A DNA stretch of 64,000 nucleotides, from contig CAWGVS010000005.1 in the NCBI GenBank assembly GCA_963826115.1, positions 1,184,001-1,248,000 of the forward strand. Reading direction: 5' to 3'. Position 1 is the stretch's first letter. Each line of letters starts with the position of its first letter. Under the pieces are notes generated by a model. It was not told the DNA's origin, did no database searches, and was given only the letters and a program-made list of their open reading frames with translations. This document shows, in pieces, positions 17,322 through 27,269 of this stretch. The position numbers were made by a program, and so were the translations under genes. Source of the stretch: an uncultured Candidatus Rokubacteria bacterium (GTDB lineage Bacteria; Methylomirabilota; Methylomirabilia; Rokubacteriales; DASRDR01).

Positions 17322-20300
17322 ATGCGCTGCCCGCAGTGCCAGCACGACAATCCGAGCGGAGCCCGATTCTGTAACGCCTGTGGCCGCGCCCTCGTCGGGG
17401 CCTGTCGCGCTTGCGGGCACGTCAACCCCGAGGGCAGCCGCTACTGCAGCGAGTGCGGGCAGACCCTCGCCCCGGCCGGCTCGGTCGCCGCGGCGCCGCG
17501 CCACGACCCTCCCGGCGCACCGGCACCCGTCCACATCGCCCAGCGCGTCCTCGCCAGCCCCAAGACGCTCGAGGGCGAGCGGAAGCAGGTCACGGTGCTC
17601 TTCGCCGACATGAAGGGGTCCATGGAGCTCATGGCCGACCGGGACCCGGAGGACGCGCGCCGCCTCTTCGACGCCGTGCTCCAGCGCATGACCGAGGCCG
17701 TCCACCACTACGACGGCATCGTGAACCAGCTGCTGGGCGACGGCATCATGGCGCTCTTCGGCGCGCCCATCGCCCACGAGAACCATGCGGTGCGCGCCTG
17801 CTACGCCGCGCTCCGCATGCAGGACACCGTCGGCCGGTACGGGGACGACATGCAGCGGACGCTCGGCGTGCCCGTCCAGATCCGCGTGGGGCTCAACTCC
17901 GGCGAGGTGGTCGTCGGCGCCATCGGCAGCGACCTCCGGATGGAGTACTCCGCGGTCGGGCAGACCACCCACCTCGCCGCGCGAATGGAGCAGATGGCCA
18001 AGCCCGCCTCCGTGCTCCTCACCGGGGATACGCTGCGCCTGGCCGAGGGCTACGTCCAGGTGAGGGCGCTCGGCCCCGCGGCGGTCCGCGGCATGGCGGA
18101 GGCCGTCGAGGTGTTCGAGCTGATCGGCACCACGCCGGTGCGGACGCGCCTCCAGGTCGCCGCGGTGCGCGGACTCACCCGCCTGGTGGGACGCCAGGCC
18201 GAGCTGGGCCTCCTCCACCAGGCGCTGGACCACGCCCAGAACCGGCGTGGCCAGGTCGTGGCCCTCGTCGGCGAGGCCGGCGTCGGGAAGTCGCGCCTGG
18301 CCTGGGAGGTCACGCGCTCCCACCGGACGCGCGCCTGGCTCGTCCTCGAGGGGAGCGTCGGCTCCAACGGCAAGGCCACGACCTGGCAGCCCATCGTCGA
18401 CCTGCTCCGGGGCTACTTCCGCATCGAGGAGGGGAACGACGCCCGCACGGTCCGGGAGAAGCTCATCGGCAAGCTCATCGCGCTGGACGAGACGCTCCGG
18501 CCGACTCTCCCCGTCTTCGAAGCGCTGCTGGAGATCCCCGTCGAGGACCCGCAGTGGAACGGCCTCGATGCCGCCGAGCGGCAGCAGCGGACGGTCGAGG
18601 CCGTCAAGCGGCTCCTGCTCCGGGAAAGCGAGGTCCAGCCGCTCCTCCTCGTCCTCGAAGACCTCCACTGGATCGACGGCGCCACGCAGGCCCTCTTGGA
18701 CAGCCTCGTCGAGAGCCTCCCGGCGTCGCGGATGTTCCTGCTCGTGAACTACCGCCCGGAGTACCGTCACGACTGGGGGAGCAAGACCTACTACAGCCAG
18801 CTCCGCCTCGATCCCCTGTCGCCCGAGACGGCCGAGGGGATGCTCGACACGCTCCTCGGCGACGCGCCGGGCCTGGCGCCCCTCCGGCGCTTGCTGATCG
18901 ACCGCACGCAGGGCAACCCGTTCTTCCTCGAGGAGACCGTCCGCAGCCTGATCGAAGGCGGTGCCCTCGCCGGAACGCTCGGTGACTACCACCTCGCCAC
19001 CGCGCTCCCGACCATCCAGGTGCCCACGACGGTCCAGTCCGTCCTCGCCGCGCGCATCGACCGACTGCCACCCGACGACAAGCGGCTCCTTCAGCTCGCT
19101 TCGGTCGTCGGCAAGGACGTGGCGCTGCCGGTCCTCCGGACGATCGCGGACCTTCCCGAGCCGGAGCTCCAGCGCGGCCTGGCCCGGCTCCAGACGGCGG
19201 ACTTCCTCTACGAGACACGTCTCTTCCCCGAGCCCGAGTACACCTTCCGGCACGCCCTGACCCTGGACGTCGCCTACGGAACCCTGCTCCAGGAGCGGCG
19301 GCGGGAGCTCCACGGGCGGCTCGTCGACGCGATCGAGCGGCTCTACCCGCAGCGCCTCTCGGAGCACGCGCCCCGTCTCGCGCACCACGCCTTCCGCGGT
19401 GAGGTATGGGGCAAGGCCCTCGCCTACCTGAACCGCCAGAGCGAGACCGCCGCCTCGCGCTCGACCCTCGACGCCGCGCTCGGCAGCGTGGAGAGCGCCG
19501 AAAGCGCCGGGGCTCTCTGGTGGAGCGGTGAGCACGCGCGGGCGGCCGAGGTCGCCCAGCGGGATCTGGCGGTGGCGAGCGGATTCCGCAGCTTCGGCCT
19601 CAGCACCGTCGCGATGTGCCGGCTGGGCCAGACGTATCACACGTTGAGCGACTACGAGCGGGCCGCGGACTACCTCCGGCGCGTCGTGACCTCTCTCCAG
19701 GGAGAGCTCGAGCGCGAGCATTTCGGGATGGTCAGCCTGCCCGCCGTCTTCGCGCGGGCATGGCTCGGCTGGTGCCTCGCGGAGCTGGGCGACTTCGACG
19801 AGGGGGCCGCGCGCGGGAGGGAAGGGGTGGCCATCGCGGAGACGGCAGACCACGCCCACAGCCGGGGACTGGCGGCGTGGGGCCTGGGGACGCTCCACGT
19901 CGTGCGCGGGGATCCGGGACGCGCGATCCCCGTGTTCGAGCGCGGCCTGGTCGTGACGCGCATGGCGGACATCCCGCTCCTCTTCCCTTTCATCGCGGCG
20001 CCGCTGGGCGCGGCCTATACCCTCGCCGGCCGCGCGCACGACGCCTTGCCGCTCCTCGAGCAGGCCATGCGCCAGGCGACGTCGCTCAAGCTCTTCGCCG
20101 ACCGCGCCCTCTGGCTCACCTGGTTCGGGGAGACCCTCGCCGCCTTGGGTCAGATCGAGCGCGCAGGCACGCAGGCGGCCGAGGCGGTGACGCTCGCCGG
20201 GCTACAGGGCGAGCGCGGCAACCAGGCGTACGCGCGGCGGCTGGCCGCCGAGGTCGCCGCGCGGCGCGAGCCGCCCGACTTCGACTCCGCCCTCGAGGCG

Positions 20301-20510
20301 TACGGAGACGCGCTCCGCGTGGCTACCGAGCTCGGCATGCGACCGCTGGCGGCGCGATGCCGCCTGGGGCTCGCCGTGGCGCAGTACCGCACGGGAGAGC
20401 GGGCCTCGGCGCGGACGGAGGTCGCCGCGGCCGCCGAGGCTTTCCGCGAGATGGGGATGGCCCACTGGCTCGGCCGTGCGGACGCGCTCGAGAGCGAGCT
20501 CCGAGGGTGA
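17322..20510 (+). CDS. Double zinc ribbon + class III adenylate/guanylate cyclase + STAND AAA ATPase + TPR protein
   Basis: CPQC/CNAC/CRAC/CSEC; VLFAD, GDGIMALFG, HLAARME; Walker A GEAGVGKS, Walker B LVLEDLHW; GNPFF; C-terminal TPR-like helices. Confidence 0.92.
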   Translation: MRCPQCQHDNPSGARFCNACGRALVGACRACGHVNPEGSRYCSECGQTLAPAGSVAAAPRHDPPGAPAPVHIAQRVLASPKTLEGERKQVTVLFADMKGSMELMADRDPEDARRLFDAVLQRMTEAVHHYDGIVNQLLGDGIMALFGAPIAHENHAVRACYAALRMQDTVGRYGDDMQRTLGVPVQIRVGLNSGEVVVGAIGSDLRMEYSAVGQTTHLAARMEQMAKPASVLLTGDTLRLAEGYVQVRALGPAAVRGMAEAVEVFELIGTTPVRTRLQVAAVRGLTRLVGRQAELGLLHQALDHAQNRRGQVVALVGEAGVGKSRLAWEVTRSHRTRAWLVLEGSVGSNGKATTWQPIVDLLRGYFRIEEGNDARTVREKLIGKLIALDETLRPTLPVFEALLEIPVEDPQWNGLDAAERQQRTVEAVKRLLLRESEVQPLLLVLEDLHWIDGATQALLDSLVESLPASRMFLLVNYRPEYRHDWGSKTYYSQLRLDPLSPETAEGMLDTLLGDAPGLAPLRRLLIDRTQGNPFFLEETVRSLIEGGALAGTLGDYHLATALPTIQVPTTVQSVLAARIDRLPPDDKRLLQLASVVGKDVALPVLRTIADLPEPELQRGLARLQTADFLYETRLFPEPEYTFRHALTLDVAYGTLLQERRRELHGRLVDAIERLYPQRLSEHAPRLAHHAFRGEVWGKALAYLNRQSETAASRSTLDAALGSVESAESAGALWWSGEHARAAEVAQRDLAVASGFRSFGLSTVAMCRLGQTYHTLSDYERAADYLRRVVTSLQGELEREHFGMVSLPAVFARAWLGWCLAELGDFDEGAARGREGVAIAETADHAHSRGLAAWGLGTLHVVRGDPGRAIPVFERGLVVTRMADIPLLFPFIAAPLGAAYTLAGRAHDALPLLEQAMRQATSLKLFADRALWLTWFGETLAALGQIERAGTQAAEAVTLAGLQGERGNQAYARRLAAEVAARREPPDFDSALEAYGDALRVATELGMRPLAARCRLGLAVAQYRTGERASARTEVAAAAEAFREMGMAHWLGRADALESELRG

Positions 20511-21154
20511 CGCGTCGGACCCCCCACCTGGGGTCGCCGGCCGCGGCCGGCCCGGTACTTCCGCGGCGCTTCTACGAGCGGCCCGCTCCGCAGGTGGCCA
20601 GGGCGCTGCTCGGCTGCATCCTGGTGTCCCGGCTCGGTGGCACGCTCACCGCCGGGCTCATCGTCGAGACCGAGGCGTATCTCGGCCCCGAGGACGGGGC
20701 CTCGCACGCCGCGTTCCGACCGGGCTCGCGCTGGCTCTTCTACGGCCCTGGCGGGGTCGCCTACGTCTTCTCCGCCTACGGGGTCCACGCCTGCCTGAAC
20801 GCCATCGCCGGTCCGGCGGGCCGCCCCGGCTGTGTCCTGATCCGCGCGCTCGAGCCGGTCGCCGGGCTCGTCCGGATGGCGCGGCGGCGCGGGCGTCGCC
20901 TCCCGCCCCTCCCGACGCCGCGGACGCTGGCCGCCCTGTCGAGCGGACCGGGACGGCTGACCAAGGCGCTGGGGATCGGGCTCCGCGACAACGGCCGAGA
21001 CCTCCGGACCGGGCCCCTCCGCATCCACGCGCCCAGGACGGCGACGAGGCCCCGCGTGGCGGTCAGCCGGCGGGTCGGGATCACCCGCTCCCCGGAGCTG
21101 CCGCTGCGCTTCTGTCTCCGCGGCAGCCCCTTCGTCTCGCGTCCCATTCCCTAG
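20507..21154 (+). CDS. mpg: DNA-3-methyladenine glycosylase (AAG/MPG family)
   Basis: GTGA overlap; VARALLG, IVETEAY, YG.H.CLN, VLIRALEP, GPGRL, RVGI. Confidence 0.9.
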   Translation: MTRRTPHLGSPAAAGPVLPRRFYERPAPQVARALLGCILVSRLGGTLTAGLIVETEAYLGPEDGASHAAFRPGSRWLFYGPGGVAYVFSAYGVHACLNAIAGPAGRPGCVLIRALEPVAGLVRMARRRGRRLPPLPTPRTLAALSSGPGRLTKALGIGLRDNGRDLRTGPLRIHAPRTATRPRVAVSRRVGITRSPELPLRFCLRGSPFVSRPIP

Positions 21155-22047
21155 CGCCGTTCTCCCTGATTTGCCGGCAAGATAGCCGAGCCTGTCTGCG
21201 ACGCGGGGTTACGGAGTCCCCAGCGCCCGGCCTCGACCGCGGTCAGGAAGTCCAGAACGGCGCGGTTGAAGGCCTCCGGCTCCTCGAGGTTGATCGTGTG
21301 CCCGGACTTCGGGACCACAACCAGCCCCGAGCTCCGGATCTTCCGCTTCAGGAACAGGCCGGGCTCGAGGCACGGCTCGTCCTCGTCCCCGGTGACGATG
21401 AGGGTCGGCACCGTCAGCCGCTCGAGGTCGGCCTCGAGCTCGTAGACCGAGGGTCGCGTCAGCTGGACGCCCCGCATCGTGAGGCCGTGCCCGAGCGCCG
21501 ACTGCGCCGCGAACTGATCGTGGAACTCCTGCCAGCCGTGCGGGTCCTTGTCCCGGAACTGGACCCGCGTCGGGCCCTGGCAGTAGACGTCGGCCAGGAC
21601 GGCCATCGGCTCGTTCAGGAACCGCTGGGCGGTCGCGGCAACGTCGCGCTGGAACTGGGCCCGGTCGGTCGCCAGGCTCCCGTAGCCGCAGCCCGCGACG
21701 ACCAGGGACAGCGCGCGCTCCGGATGGCGGAGGCCGAAGTGGAGCGTCGCGTAGCCGCCCATCGACAGCCCGCACACGTGGGCTCGCTCGATCCCGAGGG
21801 CGTCGAGGAGCCCCCGGATGTCCTCCGCGGCGTGGTCCTGGGAGTACGCGCTCCCCTCGGTCGGGACGTCGGAGGGCGGGTACCCGCGCGCGTTGAAGGC
21901 GATCGTCCGGTAGCGCCGCGCGAAGAAGCGCGTCTGGAGGTGCCAGCTCTGCGCGTCCCCCGCGAACTCGTGGACGAAGACCAGCGGCACGCCCTGCCCC
22001 GCCTCCTCGTAGTGGAGCCGGATCCCGTTCACTGGCACTCGCGGCAT
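21151..22047 (-). CDS. Alpha/beta hydrolase
   Basis: LHYEEAGQG.PLVFVHE, nucleophile motif GLSMGG, GDED, SGHTINLEEP. Confidence 0.9.
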   Translation of the reverse strand: MPRVPVNGIRLHYEEAGQGVPLVFVHEFAGDAQSWHLQTRFFARRYRTIAFNARGYPPSDVPTEGSAYSQDHAAEDIRGLLDALGIERAHVCGLSMGGYATLHFGLRHPERALSLVVAGCGYGSLATDRAQFQRDVAATAQRFLNEPMAVLADVYCQGPTRVQFRDKDPHGWQEFHDQFAAQSALGHGLTMRGVQLTRPSVYELEADLERLTVPTLIVTGDEDEPCLEPGLFLKRKIRSSGLVVVPKSGHTINLEEPEAFNRAVLDFLTAVEAGRWGLRNPASQTGSAILPANQGERR

Positions 22048-22138
22048 GCTCCCTCCCACGACCACGCTCCGGGGTCGGGCCCGGATCTTGACGTTCGTCG
22101 ACAAGACCACACTTCTGGCCGACTGACCCGCTGTCGGA

Positions 22139-24565
22139 CTAGGCTCGGATGCGGTCGCCGCGGGGGTCCCAGAGCGGCTCGGCGGCGACCAATCCCTCGA
22201 CCCACTCCCCGAAGAACTCCACCGCGACCGAGGTGCCGGGGCTCGCGAGATCCACCGGCAGGTACGCGTAGGCGATGGACAGCCCCACCGTGTAGCCGAA
22301 GCCGCCGCTCGTCACCCGGCCTACGACGTCGTCCCCGACGCGAACCGGCTCGCCGCCGAGCGCCACCCAGGCCGGGTCGGAGAGCGTCAGGCACGCGAGC
22401 TTGCGGCGCACGCCCTCGGCGCGCTGGCGCGCGAGGACCTCGCGGCCGAGGAAGTCGCCCTTGCCGAGCTTCACCGCGAACCCGAGCCCGGCCTCGTACG
22501 GCGTGTCGTCGGGCGTGATGTCCGCGCTCCAGTAGCGGTAGCCCTTCTCGAGACGGAGCGAGTCGATCGCGCGGTATCCCGCGGCCAGGAGCCCGTGCGG
22601 CCGGCCCGCCTCCCAGAGCGTGTCCCAGAGCTCGAGCCCGTACTCGGTGGGCGCGTAGAGCTCCCATCCGAGCTCGCCCACGTACGTCACCCGCGCGGCA
22701 AGCACCGGCACGCGGCCCACCGCCAGGTCACGGGCCGTCAGGTACGGAAACGCCGCGTTCGAGACGTCGGCGGTGGTCGCCGCAGCCAGGATGTCCCGGG
22801 CCCGCGGGCCCCAGAGGCCGATGCAGCAGTACGCCCCGGTGACGTCGAGCAGGGCCACCGATCCGTCATCAGGAAGGTGCCCCTGGATGAAGCCCCGGTC
22901 GTGGGTGCCGAAGGCCGTGCCCGTCACGATCCGGAACCGGCTCGGCCCGAGCCGCGTCACCGTGAAGTCACACTCGATCCCGCCGCGGGCATTCAGCATC
23001 GACGTGTAGACGATCGACCCGACCGGCCGGTCGACGTCGTTCCCGCAGAGCCGCTGGAGAAGGCGGAGGGCGCCCGGGCCCACGACCTCGAACTTCGAGA
23101 ACGACGTCTCGTCGAAGAGACCGGCGCGCTCGCGCGTGGCCACGTGCTCGGCCTCGATGGCGGGCGACCAGAACCGCCCCGCGAACCCGCGCGGACGCCG
23201 GGCGCCGTCCCCCGCCCCCGCGTTCGGCTCGAACCAGTTGGGCCGCTCCCAGCCCGACTTCTCGCCGAACGCTGCGCCGAGCTCTCGGAGGCGCGGGTAC
23301 GCGGGCGAGAGCCGCAGGCGCCGGCCTTCCTCCCGCTCCTGGTTCGGGTACCGGAGGTCGTAGTAGGTCCGGTAGATCTCGTGGGTCCGGTCGAGGGTGA
23401 GCCGCCGCGAGCGGTACTGCGGACCGAACCGCCGGAGATCCATGTGCCAGACGTCGAGTCCCGGGTCGCCCTCGACGATCCAGTCGGCCATGATCCGGCC
23501 CATGCCGCCGGCGCCGGCGATCCCGTGGGCGCAGAAGCCGCACGCCACGAAGAACCCCCGCACCTCGGGTGCCTCGCCGAGAATGAACTCGCCGTCCGGC
23601 GTGAACGCCTCGGGCCCGTTGATGAGGCGAACGATCTCCGCGCTCCCGATCGCCGGGACCCGGCGCACCGCGCCCTCCATGATCGGGGCGAAGCGCTCCC
23701 AGTCGGGCGGCAGGAGGCGGTGGTTGAAGTCCGCGGGGATCCCGTCGAGCCCCCACGGCGCGGGCTCGCGCTCGTATCCGCCCGCCACCAGCCCCCCGAC
23801 CTCCTCGCGGAAGTACACGAGGTGGTCCGGATCGCGGAGCATCGGAATGGCCGCGTGGACACCGTCGATCGGCTTGGTGACGAGGTACTGGTGCGCCATC
23901 GGCACCAGCGGGATCGTGACGCCCGCCATCCGGCCGATCTCCGGCGCGTACATCCCGCCCGCGTTCACCACGACGTCGGCGCGGACGCTCCCGGCCGTGG
24001 TCTCCACTTCCCGCACGCGGCCGTCCCGCACGGTGATGCCCAGGACGCGCGTGCCGGTGCGGATCGTCACACCGCCTCGCCGCGCCCCCTCGGCCAGCGC
24101 CATGGCGAGGCCGCTCGGGTCGAGGTGCCCGTCCGTCGGGAGGTAGACCGCGCCCAGGACGCCGTCCAGCGCCATGACGGGGAACAGGCGCCGCGCCTCG
24201 GCCGGCCCGACCTCGTGGAGCGGAAGCCCGAAGGTCTTGGCCCACCCCTCCTGGCGCCGGTGCTCGAGGACGCGATCGGGCGTGCACGCGAGCCGGAGGC
24301 TCCCCGTCTCCTTCCAGCCCGGATCCCGCCCGGTCTCGGCGGCGAGGCGCCGGTAGCACTCGACGCTCCACATCATCAGTCGGGTCAGCGCCACCGAGGA
24401 CCGGAGCTGTCCCACGAGGCCGGCGGAGTGGAAGGTGGAGCCGCTCGTCAGCTCCGCCCGCTCGACGAGCACGACGTCGCGCCATCCCTTCGCGGCGAGG
24501 TGGTAGGCGATGCTGGCGCCGCCCACCCCACCGCCGATGACGACCGCTCGAGCGTGCTCGGTCAC
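22139..24565 (-). CDS. GcvT-family FAD-dependent oxidoreductase (dimethylglycine/sarcosine dehydrogenase-like)
   Basis: GGGVGG, GSTFHSAG, NGPEAFTPDG, GWERPNWF, TYVGELGWE, SLRLEKGY; C-terminal folate-binding GcvT domain. Confidence 0.92.
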   Translation of the reverse strand: MTEHARAVVIGGGVGGASIAYHLAAKGWRDVVLVERAELTSGSTFHSAGLVGQLRSSVALTRLMMWSVECYRRLAAETGRDPGWKETGSLRLACTPDRVLEHRRQEGWAKTFGLPLHEVGPAEARRLFPVMALDGVLGAVYLPTDGHLDPSGLAMALAEGARRGGVTIRTGTRVLGITVRDGRVREVETTAGSVRADVVVNAGGMYAPEIGRMAGVTIPLVPMAHQYLVTKPIDGVHAAIPMLRDPDHLVYFREEVGGLVAGGYEREPAPWGLDGIPADFNHRLLPPDWERFAPIMEGAVRRVPAIGSAEIVRLINGPEAFTPDGEFILGEAPEVRGFFVACGFCAHGIAGAGGMGRIMADWIVEGDPGLDVWHMDLRRFGPQYRSRRLTLDRTHEIYRTYYDLRYPNQEREEGRRLRLSPAYPRLRELGAAFGEKSGWERPNWFEPNAGAGDGARRPRGFAGRFWSPAIEAEHVATRERAGLFDETSFSKFEVVGPGALRLLQRLCGNDVDRPVGSIVYTSMLNARGGIECDFTVTRLGPSRFRIVTGTAFGTHDRGFIQGHLPDDGSVALLDVTGAYCCIGLWGPRARDILAAATTADVSNAAFPYLTARDLAVGRVPVLAARVTYVGELGWELYAPTEYGLELWDTLWEAGRPHGLLAAGYRAIDSLRLEKGYRYWSADITPDDTPYEAGLGFAVKLGKGDFLGREVLARQRAEGVRRKLACLTLSDPAWVALGGEPVRVGDDVVGRVTSGGFGYTVGLSIAYAYLPVDLASPGTSVAVEFFGEWVEGLVAAEPLWDPRGDRIRA

Positions 24566-24573
24566 GGCGCAAG

Positions 24574-24602
24574 ATTGTAACAGGGGGGCGGGGCCTTGAC
24601 AC
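24574..24602 (-). promoter_or_regulatory. Putative extended -10 promoter of the GcvT-family gene (leaderless)
   Basis: Minus strand GTGTCA-N17-TACAAT with TGn, 8 nt before GTG. Confidence 0.5.
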
Positions 24603-24682
24603 AACCCGCGGCGGCCTGTGAAGGTGATACATCGGCCCGACCTCCGAGCCTTCACGACCCTACGCTGCGCGAGGAGCTTCGC

Positions 24683-26224
24683 ATGGACCACGCCACCACC
24701 AGGTCGTCACAGTCCCCGAAGGTCGCCCGCCGAGACGTCCTGCTCGGCGCGGGCGCCGTCCTGGCCGCCGCCGCCGCGCGGCCCGGCCCCGCGAGCGCCC
24801 AGGCGCGCAAGGGCGAGATCGTCGCCGGGCTCTCCGAGCGCATGCTCACGCTCGACCCAGCGAACCACTACTCGATCTCCGCGACCTCGGTCCTCCGGCA
24901 CATCTACGACCCGCTCATCGAGGTCACGAACGACTCGAAGTTCATCCCGTGTCTCGCCGAGTCGTGGACGCCCGTCAACAACACGACGTGGCGTTTCACG
25001 CTCCGGAAGGGCGTCAAGTTCCACGACGGCACGCCGTTCACCGCGGACAGCGTGATCTACTCCCTGAAGCGGCCGCGGGACAACACGAAGCTGATCAAGT
25101 CGTTCGCCTACCAGGACATCGACGATGTCCGCAAGGACGGCGACTTCACCGTGATCGTGACGACCAAGCGGCCGTTCGGCTCCCTGCCGTCCCACCTCAC
25201 GATGCTCGGGATGCTCCCGCCGGGCGCCGCCGCCAACGAGGAGGCCTTCTTCCAAAAACCGGTCGGCACCGGCCCCTTCAAGTTCGGGGGCTGGACCCAC
25301 GGCGAGCAGATCGTCCTCAACGCGAACGCGGACTACTGGAAGCCGGGAATCCCGAAGGTCGAGAAGGTGACCTTCCGGTTCATCCCCGAGCTCTCGACGC
25401 GCGTCGCCGGGGTCCGGGCCGGCGAGCTCCACGTCATCGACCGCGTGTGGCCGGACAACGTGCCGACACTGCGGTCCTCGCCTGGCGTGCGCGTCCTCGA
25501 CACCCCGGCCATCGAGGCCCAGCGCTGGATCTTCCAGCTCGCCAAGGACCCGGTGAAGGACCCGCGCGTCCGCAAGGCCATCTCGCTCGCGATCGACCGG
25601 AACGTCATCATCAAGGACCTCCTGGTCGGCTTCGCGCGCCCGGTGGATAGCCCCGTTCCGCCGGGCCTCATCGGCTACGCGAGCCTGCCGCCGAAGCCCT
25701 ACGACCCCGAGAAGGCCCGCCAGATCTTGAAGGAGGCGGGGTACAAGAACCTCTCCATCGACTTCGTCCTGATGAAGGACCTCTACCCGAAGCAGCTCGA
25801 GATCGCCCAGGCCGTGGCCGCCATGCTCGGGGACGTCGGGATCACCGTGAACATCAAGAACCTCGAGATTGCCACTGCCCGCGAGTTCCGCAGCTCGGGC
25901 AACTACGACATGTTCTTTTCCGGTTGGGCCCACATGCCCCACGACCCAGACTGGTGGCTGGGCCAATGGTTCACGAAGGTGGGGGCGGAGAAGCTCACCC
26001 GCTACGACAACCCGAAGGTCGAGCAGCTCGTCGCCGAGGGCCGCACACCGGACCCCAAGGTCCGCCAGGCGAAGTACGAGGAAATCGAGAAGACTCTCTG
26101 GGAGGACGAGACGGAGATCTGGCCGTACTACAGCGTGGCGATCTACGCGGTGAGCGACAAGCTCCAGAACTTCCAGGCGCGGCGCGACTACTACGTCCTG
26201 CTGTACGACGTCGGCGTCCGGTAG
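24683..26224 (+). CDS. ABC substrate-binding protein, family 5 (DppA-like), Tat signal
   Basis: ARRDVLLGAG twin-Arg signal; LRKGVKFHDGTPFTA, PVGTGPFK, RVRKAISLAIDR. Confidence 0.92.
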   Translation: MDHATTRSSQSPKVARRDVLLGAGAVLAAAAARPGPASAQARKGEIVAGLSERMLTLDPANHYSISATSVLRHIYDPLIEVTNDSKFIPCLAESWTPVNNTTWRFTLRKGVKFHDGTPFTADSVIYSLKRPRDNTKLIKSFAYQDIDDVRKDGDFTVIVTTKRPFGSLPSHLTMLGMLPPGAAANEEAFFQKPVGTGPFKFGGWTHGEQIVLNANADYWKPGIPKVEKVTFRFIPELSTRVAGVRAGELHVIDRVWPDNVPTLRSSPGVRVLDTPAIEAQRWIFQLAKDPVKDPRVRKAISLAIDRNVIIKDLLVGFARPVDSPVPPGLIGYASLPPKPYDPEKARQILKEAGYKNLSIDFVLMKDLYPKQLEIAQAVAAMLGDVGITVNIKNLEIATAREFRSSGNYDMFFSGWAHMPHDPDWWLGQWFTKVGAEKLTRYDNPKVEQLVAEGRTPDPKVRQAKYEEIEKTLWEDETEIWPYYSVAIYAVSDKLQNFQARRDYYVLLYDVGVR

Positions 26225-26246
26225 CTCGAGCCTGGCCGTGTTCGCC

Positions 26247-26288
26247 CGCCGGCCGCTCCCCAGGGACGTCCCGGGGATCCGGCCGGCG
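26247..26288 (+). other. GC-rich stem-loop between SBP and permease
   Basis: CGCCGGCCG...CGGCCGGCG with inner TCCCC/GGGGA pairing. Confidence 0.45.
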
Positions 26289-26341
26289 GCGACGCGGCCG
26301 GCGGGGCGCCGGCGTCACGTGGCGCCCGCCTCCGCATCGTG

Positions 26342-27262
26342 ATGCAGGCCTATCTCCTCCGCCGGGCCGCCCAGTCCGTCCTCACGCTGGTCGGCATGTC
26401 CGTGCTGGTCTTCCTCATCCTCCGCGTCCTGCCCGGCGATCCCGCGAAGATGCTCTTGCCCGAGGGTGCCCCCCAGTCCGCGGTCGAGGAGCTGAACCGG
26501 CAGCTCGGGCTGAAGGAGCCGCTCCACGTCCAGTACGGGATCTTCCTCCGGAGCGTGTTCCGCGGCGACTTCGGCCAGTCGTTCCAGTACCGGGTGCCCG
26601 CGCTCCAGATCGTCCGGGACCGCCTCCCGGCGACGCTCCAGCTCACCCTGTGCGCCATGGTCCTGACGGTCGCCTCCGGCGTCACCATCGGAATCGTCGC
26701 GGCCGTGCGGCGCGGCAGCCGCTACGATTACGCGGGTACCGTCCTCGCCGTCCTCGGCCAGTCGCTGCCAAACTTCTGGCTCGGGATCATGCTCGTACTC
26801 CTGTTCGGGGTGACCCTCCGGTGGCTCCCGACCTCCGGGTACCAGAACTGGACGTACCTCATCCTCCCCAGCATCACGCTCGCCGCCTACCCAACGGCGC
26901 TGGTTGCCCGGCTCACCCGGTCGAGCATGCTGGAGATCCTGAGCCGCGACTACATCCGGACGGGCCGCGCCAAGGGCCTCGCCGAGCGGGCGGTGATCCT
27001 CCGCCACGCGCTCCGGAACGCCACCATACCCGTCCTCACCGTGATCGGGCTCCAGATCGGTGCGCTTCTGGGCGGCGCGGTCATCACGGAGTCGGTCTTC
27101 GCGTGGCCGGGCATGGGGAAGCTCGTCGTCGACGCCATCTACTTCAGGGACTTCCCGGTCGTGCAGACCGTGCTCATCATCTCGGCCACGATCTTCGTGC
27201 TCATCAACCTCGTGGTCGACGCGCTCTATACCGTCGTCGACCCGCGCATCCGCTATCGCTGA
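26342..27262 (+). CDS. ABC permease (DppB/NikB)
   Basis: LPGDPA, DYIRTGRAKGL, ITESVFAWPGMG, DPRIRY. Confidence 0.92.
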   Translation: MQAYLLRRAAQSVLTLVGMSVLVFLILRVLPGDPAKMLLPEGAPQSAVEELNRQLGLKEPLHVQYGIFLRSVFRGDFGQSFQYRVPALQIVRDRLPATLQLTLCAMVLTVASGVTIGIVAAVRRGSRYDYAGTVLAVLGQSLPNFWLGIMLVLLFGVTLRWLPTSGYQNWTYLILPSITLAAYPTALVARLTRSSMLEILSRDYIRTGRAKGLAERAVILRHALRNATIPVLTVIGLQIGALLGGAVITESVFAWPGMGKLVVDAIYFRDFPVVQTVLIISATIFVLINLVVDALYTVVDPRIRYR

Positions 27263-27269
27263 GGGGCCG

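Noticed and set aside
16284-20039. 1251-aa minus-strand ORF, and similar long antisense or alternate-frame ORFs (4484-6442, 13057-15366, 27865-30375, 37552-40188, 54570-56858)
   Set aside because: Shadow ORFs of real genes in high-GC DNA: Arg/Gly/Pro-rich, no motifs, fully overlapping well-supported CDSs.
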